Below, piece by piece: positions 46,605 to 56,435 of a DNA stretch of 64,000 nucleotides. This DNA is from Candidatus Woesearchaeota archaeon (GTDB lineage Archaea > Nanobdellota > Nanobdellia > SCGC-AAA011-G17 > UBA489). Location: NCBI GenBank assembly GCA_018302985.1, contig JAGVZA010000004.1, positions 38,757-102,756 of the forward strand, given 5' to 3'. The position numbers and the translations under genes are program-made. Each line of letters opens with the position of its first letter. The first letter of the stretch is position 1. The notes beneath the pieces were generated by a model. It was given only the letters and a program-made list of their open reading frames with translations. It was not told where the DNA came from and searched no databases.

Positions 46605-49600
46605 ATGAATAAGAGGTTATTTGCGCTTTTGCTTTTAGTATTTTTATGTGCTTTATTTACTGTTTCCAGTCTTACTTACATTGATGGAAAGCTCTTGGCT
46701 GATGCACAAGCTGTTCCAGTCATCCAAGGAGAAGCTGTTACAAGCTCTAGATCAGAACGAGAAATTTCAGACGTTACTCCCATTTCCAATGAACCTACGC
46801 TTATTATTCGACGCCCTTCAGATGTAGTAAATCCTACCCCTTGTACCATAACTTCTTTGCAATGGAATACAGATCGAGCTTCTCCGGGTCAAGAAGTTTC
46901 TCTAACTGCTCAAGGAAAAGGTGATTGTGATCAAAAAATTATTTATCTTTCTTTTTACAAAGGATCGCAATTTTTAGAAGAACTTCCTGCTCAATTTGAT
47001 AAAAGCACTGCACAAATTGCTTGGAATGTTCCAAGCAGCACTGTTCGCAAAAATTCCTTTACCGATATTCTTCGAACACTCTTCCGCACTACACTTAGCA
47101 TTTCAGATTCGACAACTTATGTTGCAACTACTTTTACTTTAGTCGGACATACAGATCTTACTGGTGACTCTTTGATTAGTTCTCCTCCTCTTTCTTTGGG
47201 AGAATCTTCTGGCTCTGGTAGTGGTGGTGAACCTGGCAACGGACCAGATATTCCTTGCAGCTCAATTACCCAATATGGAATTACTTGGACTTTTGCATCT
47301 CCTTTCCCTGAATGCGGACAATTTGTAAATGGCGACTGGTATGTTGTTGAACCTGTCACTATTATTAGCAAAACTCCAGCACAAACTCTTAGTCCTGGCA
47401 GAAATGGTGACTGGACAAATCCTAGATATAACTTACAAGGCCCTAATGGCGCTGCTCATCCTTATGATGATCGTCTGAATACTGGAGCTTTATTTACTTT
47501 TGGTACTTATGATCCAACTTTGAGACCTGTTTATCCTTTAACTTTTACTTTAGTTACTCATCCTCTTGGTGCTTCTTTAGTTTCTACTGTAAGCCAACCT
47601 ACTACTCTAGACTCTTTTTGTGCTAATCCTGGCTGGAGAACTTTCTTGGATACTGGAACAAACTTTAATCAAAATTGTCAACGAAGTCCTATCAAATCAG
47701 CAGCTATCTTAACTATACTCTCCACAATTCCTCCTGCCGACAGTTTTAGACCTCCTTATACTGGCAACGACAAGACTATTCAATTTACTAAAAACGATTT
47801 AGATTATTCTGTACTGGGCACTTTAGCTCCTGTTGGATCAATTGCAACTTATTCTTTAGCAGATATTGATAGACATATTCAAAGACCAAACTTACAAACT
47901 TCTTTTTGGGCAAGCGAAGAAGTACAACCAGCAGATAATGCTAATGGTTATGGTCAATTTATGGCTGCAGATATCAGTCTAGCAGCATTGGCTGTGAATT
48001 TAAATTATCCTTTGGCTCAGAAAGAACCTTTAGTTATTTCTTTGACTCAACGAGGTATAGATTTCTATGGAACGCTCATGAATACTGGCATCTGGTTTGA
48101 CACAGGATTGAATGTCAATTGGAATCAAGCAAAATGGTATGGTTTAGGCGGTCATGGATCTGGACGCATGTTCCCTATTCTTTTTGCAGGCACTCTTTTA
48201 AATGATACTGCCATGCAAGATGTAGGATTTACTATTGCTCATGATTATTCTTTTGGTGAACTAGCTCAAACCTTTACTGTGAAAGATTATACTGGTTATA
48301 CTTCTACTAATTTTCCAACCAAAGATTTATGGAACTGCGTTGGTGGTGGTATTAATTGTGGTAGAGGAGGATACCTTTCTACAGATTTAGGATTACCTGA
48401 ATTTGGATTTGCGCATTTCCATTCACCTACTGCTGATGATAAATTATGGTTAAGTGGAGGTACAACTTCACAATACCGTAGATGCTGCACTGCTAATGCT
48501 TGGGGAGGCTATCTTTTAGCTTCTTATGTGATGGGTATTGAAGACAAATGGAACTCTCCCGCCTTGCTTGCTTATATGGACAGGTATATGGAAGCTACTA
48601 GTTCTAGTGGTTTGTATTATGAAGGTCCTTTAAATTCTTGGCATCGTGGCTGGTTACCTCCCTTGCACGAAATGTGGGATACTTATCGTCAAAATTACAG
48701 AGAACGATGGACTAACAATGATCTTTGTACAGAAGGCGCGACAAGAAACTGCGCAGAACAACGAGGAGTGTGCGCGGGATCACAAGAAACCTGTACGATG
48801 AAAAACTGGTGGGGGTGTGTAGATCCAACTTATTCATCAACTGCCTATTCAAATAATCTTTACTACCAAGTCACTGAAACACTTTGTGATACTTTAGACA
48901 ATGACTGCGATGGACAAACTGATGAAGGTTGTGGTGGACCCTCTGCACCAAGTACTCCTCTTAATTTAAATATTACTCCTTTGAGCTCTTCACAATTACG
49001 CTTGAATTGGCAAGACACTAGCACTAATGAAAATTATTTTGCAGTTGAAAGAAGATTATTGCCTTCAGGTACTTTTGCTTCTTTAGCACCTGCATCAAAC
49101 TTATCATCAAACACAGAAAATTATACAGATCTAGGATTACCAGCAACTACTTCTTACGAATATAGAGTACAAGCAGTTAATGCTGTTGGAGCATCTAATT
49201 GGTCAAATGTTGCTTCGGGAACTACTTTAGATGCTACCTCTTCTGCTCCGACAAATTTACAAGCAACAGTACTCTCTACAACAAGCATTTTCTTAACCTG
49301 GAATGACACCAGCACTAATGAACAAGGATTCCGTTTAGAACGACGCATATTGCCTTCAGGCACGTTTGCAGGTGTTGCTGGTGCAACAAATTTATTACTA
49401 AATACTCAGCAATTTACTGATACACTCTTAACAGCAAATACTCCTTATGAGTATCGTGTACAATCTTACAATCTCGCAGGAAATTCTACATGGTCTAATG
49501 CAGCACAAGCAACCACTTTTGTTTGCAATAGCGGACAAAATAGAACTTGTACACAACAACAAGGTGTTTGTTTAGGAGCAACTGAAACTTGTACCACTAG

Positions 49601-52600
49601 CAATACTTGGCCAGTAGGTGGATGCACGACAACAATGTATCAAAATCATGCACAAGCCACTTATGGAGTGAATTACCAAGTTGGTTCTGAAACTCTCTGT
49701 GATGGAAGAGATAATAATTGTAATGGACAAGTTGATGATATTCAAACTCAATTTGCTCCTTTATGTTCCAATCAAGTTGGAGTATGTGCAGGAGCACGAC
49801 AAGCATGTGGAGGACTTTCAGGATGGCAAGTCTGTGGAACAACTCAATACCAATTGAATAATAATACTTATCAAACTACTGAAGTGAATAGATGTACTAA
49901 TGTTTTAGATGATGATTGTGATGGACGAGCAGATTATACTGGTCCACGCACTGCAGCTACACCACCAGATGGAGACAATGATTGTCCTGTTGGTGTGACC
50001 TCCATGAATGCACCAGGTACTATTTGTCCAGGAACTTCCTTTACCGTAAGCTGTACCTCAACTGTTGCAAGTGTCACGAGTGTACAATCTTATCTCGGAA
50101 CACAACTTTGTAACTTCCAGAGCTGGAATGGCAGTGATGCGTTATTCAGTTGTACGAGTCAAGCAACTGCAGGACAACAAACTGCTACTTGCATTATCAA
50201 TGGACAATATTCTTATCAATCAGGAGCAAATCAAACACGACAAGTCACTGTAGGAGTAACTACGGGTTGCAATTGTAACACTTATGCATCACAACCTAGT
50301 TGTAATGGAGATACCTCTTGTGACTGGTGTTTAGGTTGTTCAGGCACACAATCTAGTGGAGGAGCAAATCGTTGTGTCCAAGCTGGCAGCTGTACTTATG
50401 CGTGTACTCAAGGACAATGTGGTGCTACATGTGCAGGTACTAATGGATGTACACAAACACAAACTTGTGGCGCAAATACTTGTGGATGTACAGAACAACC
50501 TCCTGGTCTTGCAGGTATTTCTATTCCAAGTATTTCCTGGAATAATAGCACTGCCCTTACGCTCACTGGACAATATTTCGCAGCAAATGCAGAAGTCAGA
50601 GTTGATGGCATATCGATTAATTCTAATCGCATTACTTCACGAACTGTAACACAAATTATCTTTCAATATCAAGCAAGAGATTATAGCACTGGTCTCCATA
50701 CTATAACGGTTTATAACCCTACGTCTAGTATGACCTCTTCTGGACTTTCCCTTCGCATTACTGCAAACCCTACTATAAGTTTACAACCGCCAACAATTAC
50801 TAATACAATTACTAATACTGTAGATTTAGTTGGAGATGATTTAGATCCTTTGGTAGTTGTTGTAGGAGGACAACTTTGGCCATTAGCATCGTGGACCGCA
50901 CTCAACCATACTTTAGTTCGTCTTACTAGTATTCCTATTGCAGCACCAGTTGGATATTATGAAATCATCGTTGTCAATAAAGACCTCACACCTTCCAATA
51001 ACCCTTTATTGCGCGTTAACCAATTATTTACTTATACTTTAAGCAGAAACCCAGCAACAGCTTTAGTAACTCCTAATTCCCAACTTCCAGGAACTGCCAC
51101 TATTACTGCTGTATCTTTTAGCACTTTAGAACAAGTAACTCTAACTATAACTCCTCCTTCAAATATAACGGTCACTTATCCTGCAGGCAATAGTTGCATG
51201 CCAAGTTCATCAACTTTAACTTGCCAAATTCCTTTTGACTTAGATATTGGTTCAGTTGCTCTTCAACAACATATTGTTGGTCTTTCCACTACCTCGGCCC
51301 TTACTTCATTGAGCAGAAACACTATAATTAATTTAACTGCAGTCCTAGGAACAGTAGAACAATGTACAAATACTATTAGAGATGTTCATGAAACTGATGT
51401 AGATTGCGGTGGTCCAATTTGTGCACCAGCAGGCTATGTCTGCGATTATGGTTTCTCTTGTCAATTACCAACTGATTGTATAGTCAACCAACAATGCGGC
51501 ACTGGCTTATGTTGGAATAGAGATAATACTTGTCAACCTGATAATGATTGTGATACTGTTCCAGATCCTATTGATCGATGCCCTAATACTCCTGCTGGAA
51601 TGCCGCGTCTTAGCCTAATCAATGGATGTCCTACTCCTCTTGCAAGTCGTTTTGCAGAAGGCATAGAACAAGGATTGACTACTGATTTCAGCCAAGTGGA
51701 AGACTTAGAACATATTCAAGATCTTTCTTTAGGCATTCTTGGTATTGGTAGAATTCAGTATCTAGGCAGAGAAATTTCTGTGTTACGTGTAGTGAACAAT
51801 ATTCATGAAGCTTTAGATCTAGATGTTGCAATTATTATGGAATCTAATCTCATTGGCATTGAAAGTGATTCCTATGCTGAATTAAATTATCCATCTACTT
51901 TAACCTTTAGCGGATTAACTTCAACTACTGCTCTTACCCCCTTGCGTGATGGTGGAGTTTGCTCTACTTGTGTAAGTCAGAGCTATAGCAATGGAGTCTA
52001 TGTTGTTACTGTTCCTGGATTTTCTAATTATAGCACACAACCAGGCACATGTGGAGATACTTATTGCAATCTAGATGAAACTTGTAGCAGCTGCTCACAA
52101 GATTGCGGCTCTTGTGCTGGTAATCCTGGTGGAGGCGGCGGAGGAGGAGGCGGTGGTGGAGGTGGTGGTGGAGGCGGAGGAGATAGACCTAGCTCTGGCA
52201 TAGATCTAGACACTAACATCCAACAAAGTATTACTGTCCTTCGCAATAGTAGGATAAGTGTTGTTTATCAAGGACAAGAATATGGTGTGAGAATACCCCG
52301 TGCGACTCCTGAAGAAGTTGTACTTACTTTATTTGACTCTAGTTATAGCATCCCTCTTAGTCAACAATTAGGCATAGATCTTACTGGCGATTCACGAAGT
52401 GATGCTACTGTTCAATACGATGCACTCGATGGTAATTTCGTTACTTTAACTTTCAGCCGTATAACTCGCGACATTATTCCCACTTTTAAAACTCCGCAAG
52501 AATCTAATAAACAATCACAACAAGAAGTACAACCAACACAAGAAACTTCAATAGAAGTAAACTCTAATGTGTTCTCCTCTATCTGGATTAAAATACCTTT

Positions 52601-52664
52601 AGTTGTTTTCGTATTAGTACTTGCTTTCTACTTCAGATACTACCGCTTTAAAAAATCTGTTTAA
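46605..52664 (+). CDS. Giant (2019 aa) Cys-rich modular surface protein
   Basis: Signal peptide; two FN3 domains; E.LCD..DN.C.G..D repeats; IPT/TIG-like region; ETDVDCGG; DNDCDTVPD..D.CP; poly-Gly; C-terminal TM plus basic tail. Confidence 0.88.
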   Translation: MNKRLFALLLLVFLCALFTVSSLTYIDGKLLADAQAVPVIQGEAVTSSRSEREISDVTPISNEPTLIIRRPSDVVNPTPCTITSLQWNTDRASPGQEVSLTAQGKGDCDQKIIYLSFYKGSQFLEELPAQFDKSTAQIAWNVPSSTVRKNSFTDILRTLFRTTLSISDSTTYVATTFTLVGHTDLTGDSLISSPPLSLGESSGSGSGGEPGNGPDIPCSSITQYGITWTFASPFPECGQFVNGDWYVVEPVTIISKTPAQTLSPGRNGDWTNPRYNLQGPNGAAHPYDDRLNTGALFTFGTYDPTLRPVYPLTFTLVTHPLGASLVSTVSQPTTLDSFCANPGWRTFLDTGTNFNQNCQRSPIKSAAILTILSTIPPADSFRPPYTGNDKTIQFTKNDLDYSVLGTLAPVGSIATYSLADIDRHIQRPNLQTSFWASEEVQPADNANGYGQFMAADISLAALAVNLNYPLAQKEPLVISLTQRGIDFYGTLMNTGIWFDTGLNVNWNQAKWYGLGGHGSGRMFPILFAGTLLNDTAMQDVGFTIAHDYSFGELAQTFTVKDYTGYTSTNFPTKDLWNCVGGGINCGRGGYLSTDLGLPEFGFAHFHSPTADDKLWLSGGTTSQYRRCCTANAWGGYLLASYVMGIEDKWNSPALLAYMDRYMEATSSSGLYYEGPLNSWHRGWLPPLHEMWDTYRQNYRERWTNNDLCTEGATRNCAEQRGVCAGSQETCTMKNWWGCVDPTYSSTAYSNNLYYQVTETLCDTLDNDCDGQTDEGCGGPSAPSTPLNLNITPLSSSQLRLNWQDTSTNENYFAVERRLLPSGTFASLAPASNLSSNTENYTDLGLPATTSYEYRVQAVNAVGASNWSNVASGTTLDATSSAPTNLQATVLSTTSIFLTWNDTSTNEQGFRLERRILPSGTFAGVAGATNLLLNTQQFTDTLLTANTPYEYRVQSYNLAGNSTWSNAAQATTFVCNSGQNRTCTQQQGVCLGATETCTTSNTWPVGGCTTTMYQNHAQATYGVNYQVGSETLCDGRDNNCNGQVDDIQTQFAPLCSNQVGVCAGARQACGGLSGWQVCGTTQYQLNNNTYQTTEVNRCTNVLDDDCDGRADYTGPRTAATPPDGDNDCPVGVTSMNAPGTICPGTSFTVSCTSTVASVTSVQSYLGTQLCNFQSWNGSDALFSCTSQATAGQQTATCIINGQYSYQSGANQTRQVTVGVTTGCNCNTYASQPSCNGDTSCDWCLGCSGTQSSGGANRCVQAGSCTYACTQGQCGATCAGTNGCTQTQTCGANTCGCTEQPPGLAGISIPSISWNNSTALTLTGQYFAANAEVRVDGISINSNRITSRTVTQIIFQYQARDYSTGLHTITVYNPTSSMTSSGLSLRITANPTISLQPPTITNTITNTVDLVGDDLDPLVVVVGGQLWPLASWTALNHTLVRLTSIPIAAPVGYYEIIVVNKDLTPSNNPLLRVNQLFTYTLSRNPATALVTPNSQLPGTATITAVSFSTLEQVTLTITPPSNITVTYPAGNSCMPSSSTLTCQIPFDLDIGSVALQQHIVGLSTTSALTSLSRNTIINLTAVLGTVEQCTNTIRDVHETDVDCGGPICAPAGYVCDYGFSCQLPTDCIVNQQCGTGLCWNRDNTCQPDNDCDTVPDPIDRCPNTPAGMPRLSLINGCPTPLASRFAEGIEQGLTTDFSQVEDLEHIQDLSLGILGIGRIQYLGREISVLRVVNNIHEALDLDVAIIMESNLIGIESDSYAELNYPSTLTFSGLTSTTALTPLRDGGVCSTCVSQSYSNGVYVVTVPGFSNYSTQPGTCGDTYCNLDETCSSCSQDCGSCAGNPGGGGGGGGGGGGGGGGGGDRPSSGIDLDTNIQQSITVLRNSRISVVYQGQEYGVRIPRATPEEVVLTLFDSSYSIPLSQQLGIDLTGDSRSDATVQYDALDGNFVTLTFSRITRDIIPTFKTPQESNKQSQQEVQPTQETSIEVNSNVFSSIWIKIPLVVFVLVLAFYFRYYRFKKSV
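52128..52181 (+). repeat. (GGN)18 tract encoding a poly-Gly linker
   Basis: Mixed GGT/GGA/GGC codons in frame within the 2019-aa ORF. Confidence 0.9.
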
Positions 52665-53710
52665 GCGAGAGAACGAGCATACCAAGTTTTTATTGCTATA
52701 GTAGCATAAGATCCATTTGGCAAACTAAAAGTGACTGTTTGTTTGAACTTATCTTGATTTATTTCATCTTTTTCTAGAGGAGAGACTTGACAATTTTTCC
52801 CAGTAATTACTGCTGCTCTTTGAATTGTTTTAATAGTACACTGTGGTAAAGAGTTTATTTCCATGCCAATTAAAGGCAGATTTTTTTCTTCGATGGTTTG
52901 CAAAGGAATAGGAATTTTTCCTAATACATACTCACTATAAATATATTTTTCTTGCTGCTCGATATACTCTGCTAGGCGCATATTAAACAAATAGGATTGG
53001 TAAGCATGGATATATAATAACAACATACGTTTTGGCAGACTAATTACAGCTCTTTGATAATTTTCTGGTTCTTCTTGAAGACTTTTAATAATGCGTTGTT
53101 CTTCAAATAGATTTTTAGGAGGCACAATTGTTACTAGATCGGGCCATAGCTGCTCTATTTTTTGCCTGTATTTTTTATTCTCCATAGATTCATTAGGGTA
53201 CGGATTACATAAACATCGCCTGACAGCCTCTTCATAATTTTCTTGCACTATGGCTTCACCAATAAGATGAGAAACTGGTCTAATCGAACCTCCAAAGCGT
53301 TGATCATCGAAATAGTTAGGTATTTGCAGATTTTCTGTGTTAAGTGCATGATCTAGATCTCTGACAATTATAGTAAATTCATTGCCTTGATGACTTCCTA
53401 CTTTTATAGGCTCATCACTAAATCCTAAGAGAGTTATGTCTACATCTTTTATCTTAATGTTTTTGAGAAATTCTGTATCTATCTTGTATCCTGAGATTAC
53501 TTGCTCTGTGATACCATCTTTGTCTTTGAGACCTGCATATTGAAAGCGAGCTGGATCAGTTCGCAAACGATTTGCTAAGGTATCTATCAAATGCAGAGTT
53601 GTCCAATTCTTCTTTTTAACTAAGAGATAACAATACTCTCCTTTTTTCTTTATCTGTAAGTCATTTATTTCTTTCACATAGAAATCTTCTAGTTGTTGTT
53701 TGAGTTTCAT
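52661..53710 (-). CDS. truD: tRNA pseudouridine(13) synthase
   Basis: AGLKDK.G.TEQ, GNEF.I, NYF..QRFG, HAYQSYLFN, LP.GSYAT. Confidence 0.93.
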   Translation of the reverse strand: MKLKQQLEDFYVKEINDLQIKKKGEYCYLLVKKKNWTTLHLIDTLANRLRTDPARFQYAGLKDKDGITEQVISGYKIDTEFLKNIKIKDVDITLLGFSDEPIKVGSHQGNEFTIIVRDLDHALNTENLQIPNYFDDQRFGGSIRPVSHLIGEAIVQENYEEAVRRCLCNPYPNESMENKKYRQKIEQLWPDLVTIVPPKNLFEEQRIIKSLQEEPENYQRAVISLPKRMLLLYIHAYQSYLFNMRLAEYIEQQEKYIYSEYVLGKIPIPLQTIEEKNLPLIGMEINSLPQCTIKTIQRAAVITGKNCQVSPLEKDEINQDKFKQTVTFSLPNGSYATIAIKTWYARSLA

Positions 53711-53731
53711 GATTTTGTATATACTTATTTT

Positions 53732-54166
53732 CTAAGAGAGATATCTACCTATTTCTTGATGCAATATAACGCCAGTGCTTGTAACAAAAGCCATATGTTG
53801 CAGCCATTCATTTAATACTTTTGCAATGGCTGTTAATTCTTTTCCACTATTAGGTATCTGCTTACAATAAATTCTCATTTTGGACATTGCCATAAATTCT
53901 ATTTCTTGTCTTTTTCTTTTAGCTTCTTCCCAAGGTATATCAGAACAGTCAATTTCTAGCTTACTTTTTCCTACAGTGTACCAACAAAATGTCGGATCTC
54001 TATATATTTCTCCTAATGTTGTTCTTCCCTCTCTATTTCTTTCTTCAAAACCAAGTCGATTTAATACTACTCCGAGTTCTGATGCATCTGTCGACACATA
54101 ACAATCTATAAATTCAATACCTGCTGGTATAGTTTCAATTCCTAAATGTCTTGAGGCTGCTTTCAT
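53732..54166 (-). CDS. Hypothetical protein
   Basis: ATGA overlap with the upstream glutaredoxin. Confidence 0.65.
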   Translation of the reverse strand: MKAASRHLGIETIPAGIEFIDCYVSTDASELGVVLNRLGFEERNREGRTTLGEIYRDPTFCWYTVGKSKLEIDCSDIPWEEAKRKRQEIEFMAMSKMRIYCKQIPNSGKELTAIAKVLNEWLQHMAFVTSTGVILHQEIGRYLS

Positions 54167-54396
54167 TTGATTTTCAGTGCTTTCTTTAGTACTGGCTCAT
54201 CATACCCAACAATGATCTTTCCATCAATTTCTATGACTGGAACACCCATCTGACTAGATTTGTCTATTGCTTCTTGTGCATACTTTTCTTCGACAATATT
54301 CTTCTCTTCATACTGCACTTTATTCTTTTGAAAGAATTCTTTTGTTTTTTTGCACCAAGCACAGGTTGGAGAAGTATAGATTAAGACTTTTGCCAT
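54163..54396 (-). CDS. Glutaredoxin-like protein (NrdH/YruB type)
   Basis: CAWC, GVPVI.IDG..IVG.D. Confidence 0.92.
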   Translation of the reverse strand: MAKVLIYTSPTCAWCKKTKEFFQKNKVQYEEKNIVEEKYAQEAIDKSSQMGVPVIEIDGKIIVGYDEPVLKKALKIK

Positions 54397-55004
54397 ATTT
54401 TTGTTTGTCCCCTTTGTTTATATAAACCTATCGTCAAGGCTAGGAATGCTACTAGAACTGTTATCGCTCCTATTTTCATTGCGAGTGTTTGGAATATGAT
54501 TTGCGGATACATTTTAATCAGATTGTCTGTTGCAGGATTTAATAACCAGAAATCATTGGTGAATACTAGTTTATGAAACTTCAAAAACACTTGTTCAAAG
54601 GGAAGTACCATTAGTAGTCCTAGCAGTATCAAAGTTAAAATACCAGCATATAACAACGTTTTTCTTTTCTCTTTTATTTTTATCCAGAGTACAAGGTGCA
54701 TAAGCATGAGTAGTATTAACACTTGATGGCCTTTAGTGACTAGATTTTTTACGTCTTCTAAATGGATTTGTTCTTTCTCATTTAACAAGAGAGGTTGTAG
54801 TGATTCTTTTGTTTGTATATAGTTAAGAATATTCCTCGCTTGTTCATCAATAGTTGCTTGTGGTGCATCTAGAGTATCATAAATTTTATGTTGCTCAAAC
54901 TTTTTTTCATACCAACTTTGATCGAATACAGTTAGATCTGCTGCTAGAAGAAAAATCACTATGGGGAAGGTTAAGATGAGTATTGTCTTACTTATTTTTT
55001 CCAT
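54381..55004 (-). CDS. DUF1461 (TIGR01906-like) integral membrane protein
   Basis: E..HL.DVK.L, F..FH.L.F.N..WLL.P..D.LI.M.P. Confidence 0.85.
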   Translation of the reverse strand: MEKISKTILILTFPIVIFLLAADLTVFDQSWYEKKFEQHKIYDTLDAPQATIDEQARNILNYIQTKESLQPLLLNEKEQIHLEDVKNLVTKGHQVLILLMLMHLVLWIKIKEKRKTLLYAGILTLILLGLLMVLPFEQVFLKFHKLVFTNDFWLLNPATDNLIKMYPQIIFQTLAMKIGAITVLVAFLALTIGLYKQRGQTKIWQKS

Positions 55005-55357
55005 GGATTGTCATTTCCTAACACTGCTATTGCGAGAGCGACACAGAGAAGAACTATATCCTGAGGAATTTGCGCAATGATGCTAATATTCAGCAACAAT
55101 AAAGCTGCTAACAGAGCAGTTTTTCTTATTTGGGTATTGCAGATTAAGAGCACACCCACTATAGTCTCAACAGCTCCTATTAAGTAGATCATTGCGTTTC
55201 CTGCTGGGAAGAGCGAAGCAAACATGCTTGCTTGTATAATAACTAAGGTTGCTTTTGGAGCAAGAAATTTATCTATACCAAAAAATAAAAAAATTAAGCC
55301 GAGAGGTGTTCTCAACAAGAACGGAATAAACCGTCTCAGCTTGTCTAAAGAATTCAT
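54992..55357 (-). CDS. DoxX-family membrane protein
   Basis: LLR..LG.IFL.FG.DKF, G..E...G. Confidence 0.85.
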   Translation of the reverse strand: MNSLDKLRRFIPFLLRTPLGLIFLFFGIDKFLAPKATLVIIQASMFASLFPAGNAMIYLIGAVETIVGVLLICNTQIRKTALLAALLLLNISIIAQIPQDIVLLCVALAIAVLGNDNPWKK

Positions 55358-55938
55358 TTGACAATTAAAGTTCCCTTCATATTTCTATGCCCTGAACCAC
55401 AGAAGACATTACAATTCATGCTGTAAGTACCTTTTTTGTCAGCAACGAATTCTACAGTTTCTGTTTTTCCAGCGTCTACCTTCAAACTGACATCGAATTC
55501 TGGAATACCTATACCATGTTCAGTGTCTTTACTGGTTACAATCAGACGAACTGTGTCTCCTTCATTGACTGTAATGGTACTTGGAACAAACTCAAATTGT
55601 TTTGCTTCGATTTTGAATTCCTTTACTTCACTACTAGGTACAATTCCTTGTTTTGGTTGACAAACTTTCATACAATTTTCTAATGAACTAAAAGGAACTT
55701 TTCCAGCAGCCTCATTTGGACATCCACTTAGTGAAACACAACTAGTGCCATCGAAGTATGCTCCTACTACTGCCTCACAAGTACCGAAAGGAAATTGACC
55801 TGTTGGAACTCTCCATGTACAATCCTCTGCTACTATTGGTGTTGTTGGTTGTAATGGCTCATTACCCGAAGTGCATCCTGCGATAAACACTGCAGTAATA
55901 ATAGCTGTCACAATTAACATTACTTCTCCTGTTTTCAT
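55354..55938 (-). CDS. Lipoprotein with cupredoxin domain carrying a CuA-type motif
   Basis: FIAGC lipobox; D..HG...CNVFCGSGHRNM (H...CxxxCxxxHxxM); extra 6-Cys N-terminal domain. Confidence 0.85.
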   Translation of the reverse strand: MKTGEVMLIVTAIITAVFIAGCTSGNEPLQPTTPIVAEDCTWRVPTGQFPFGTCEAVVGAYFDGTSCVSLSGCPNEAAGKVPFSSLENCMKVCQPKQGIVPSSEVKEFKIEAKQFEFVPSTITVNEGDTVRLIVTSKDTEHGIGIPEFDVSLKVDAGKTETVEFVADKKGTYSMNCNVFCGSGHRNMKGTLIVK

Positions 55939-56435
55939 TGTTGACTCACCTCATTGAGTATTTTATCTATTATAGCTTTTAATTCTTTAGCTTCAGCTTC
56001 TTTATCATTTTGCTCTTCGAAAGCATTACCTATGCGCATATATTTGCACCCTATAATAAATGTGGGAATACTTTGCTTGGGATTAAACTCACGGAACACA
56101 TTCATCTCACTTGCAGGGACTTCAAATTCTAGTTCTTCTGTCAAAAGATTGTCTCCTTTGTCTACTTCCCATTGATAAGCAACGATTTGATCACCATAAG
56201 ACTTAATGACTTCTTGAAAAGTTGGTTTTACCCAAGCACAATGAGGGCACCATGATGTAGCAAATTCACGAATGATTGGCTTGCCTCCGATCATACAAAT
56301 ATCATTTTCTTTAGCAGTAAAAGAACTTCCATACTTTTGTGTTTCTGAATTTTTTTCAATAATGACTTGACCATTAGATGTACAACTACTAACCAATAAA
56401 ATTAAAAAAGAAAAAAGAAAGAAAAGAGTTTTCAT
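55935..56435 (-). CDS. Exported thioredoxin-fold protein
   Basis: Signal peptide; WCPHC; IPTF. Confidence 0.88.
   Translation of the reverse strand: MKTLFFLFSFLILLVSSCTSNGQVIIEKNSETQKYGSSFTAKENDICMIGGKPIIREFATSWCPHCAWVKPTFQEVIKSYGDQIVAYQWEVDKGDNLLTEELEFEVPASEMNVFREFNPKQSIPTFIIGCKYMRIGNAFEEQNDKEAEAKELKAIIDKILNEVSQQ

Noticed and set aside
52061-52246. Poly-proline ORF on the minus strand
   Set aside because: Reverse complement of the poly-Gly linker in the giant protein
55354-55938. Cytochrome c oxidase subunit II as evidence of aerobic respiration
   Set aside because: It lacks the two TM helices of CoxB and no subunit I gene is present in the window
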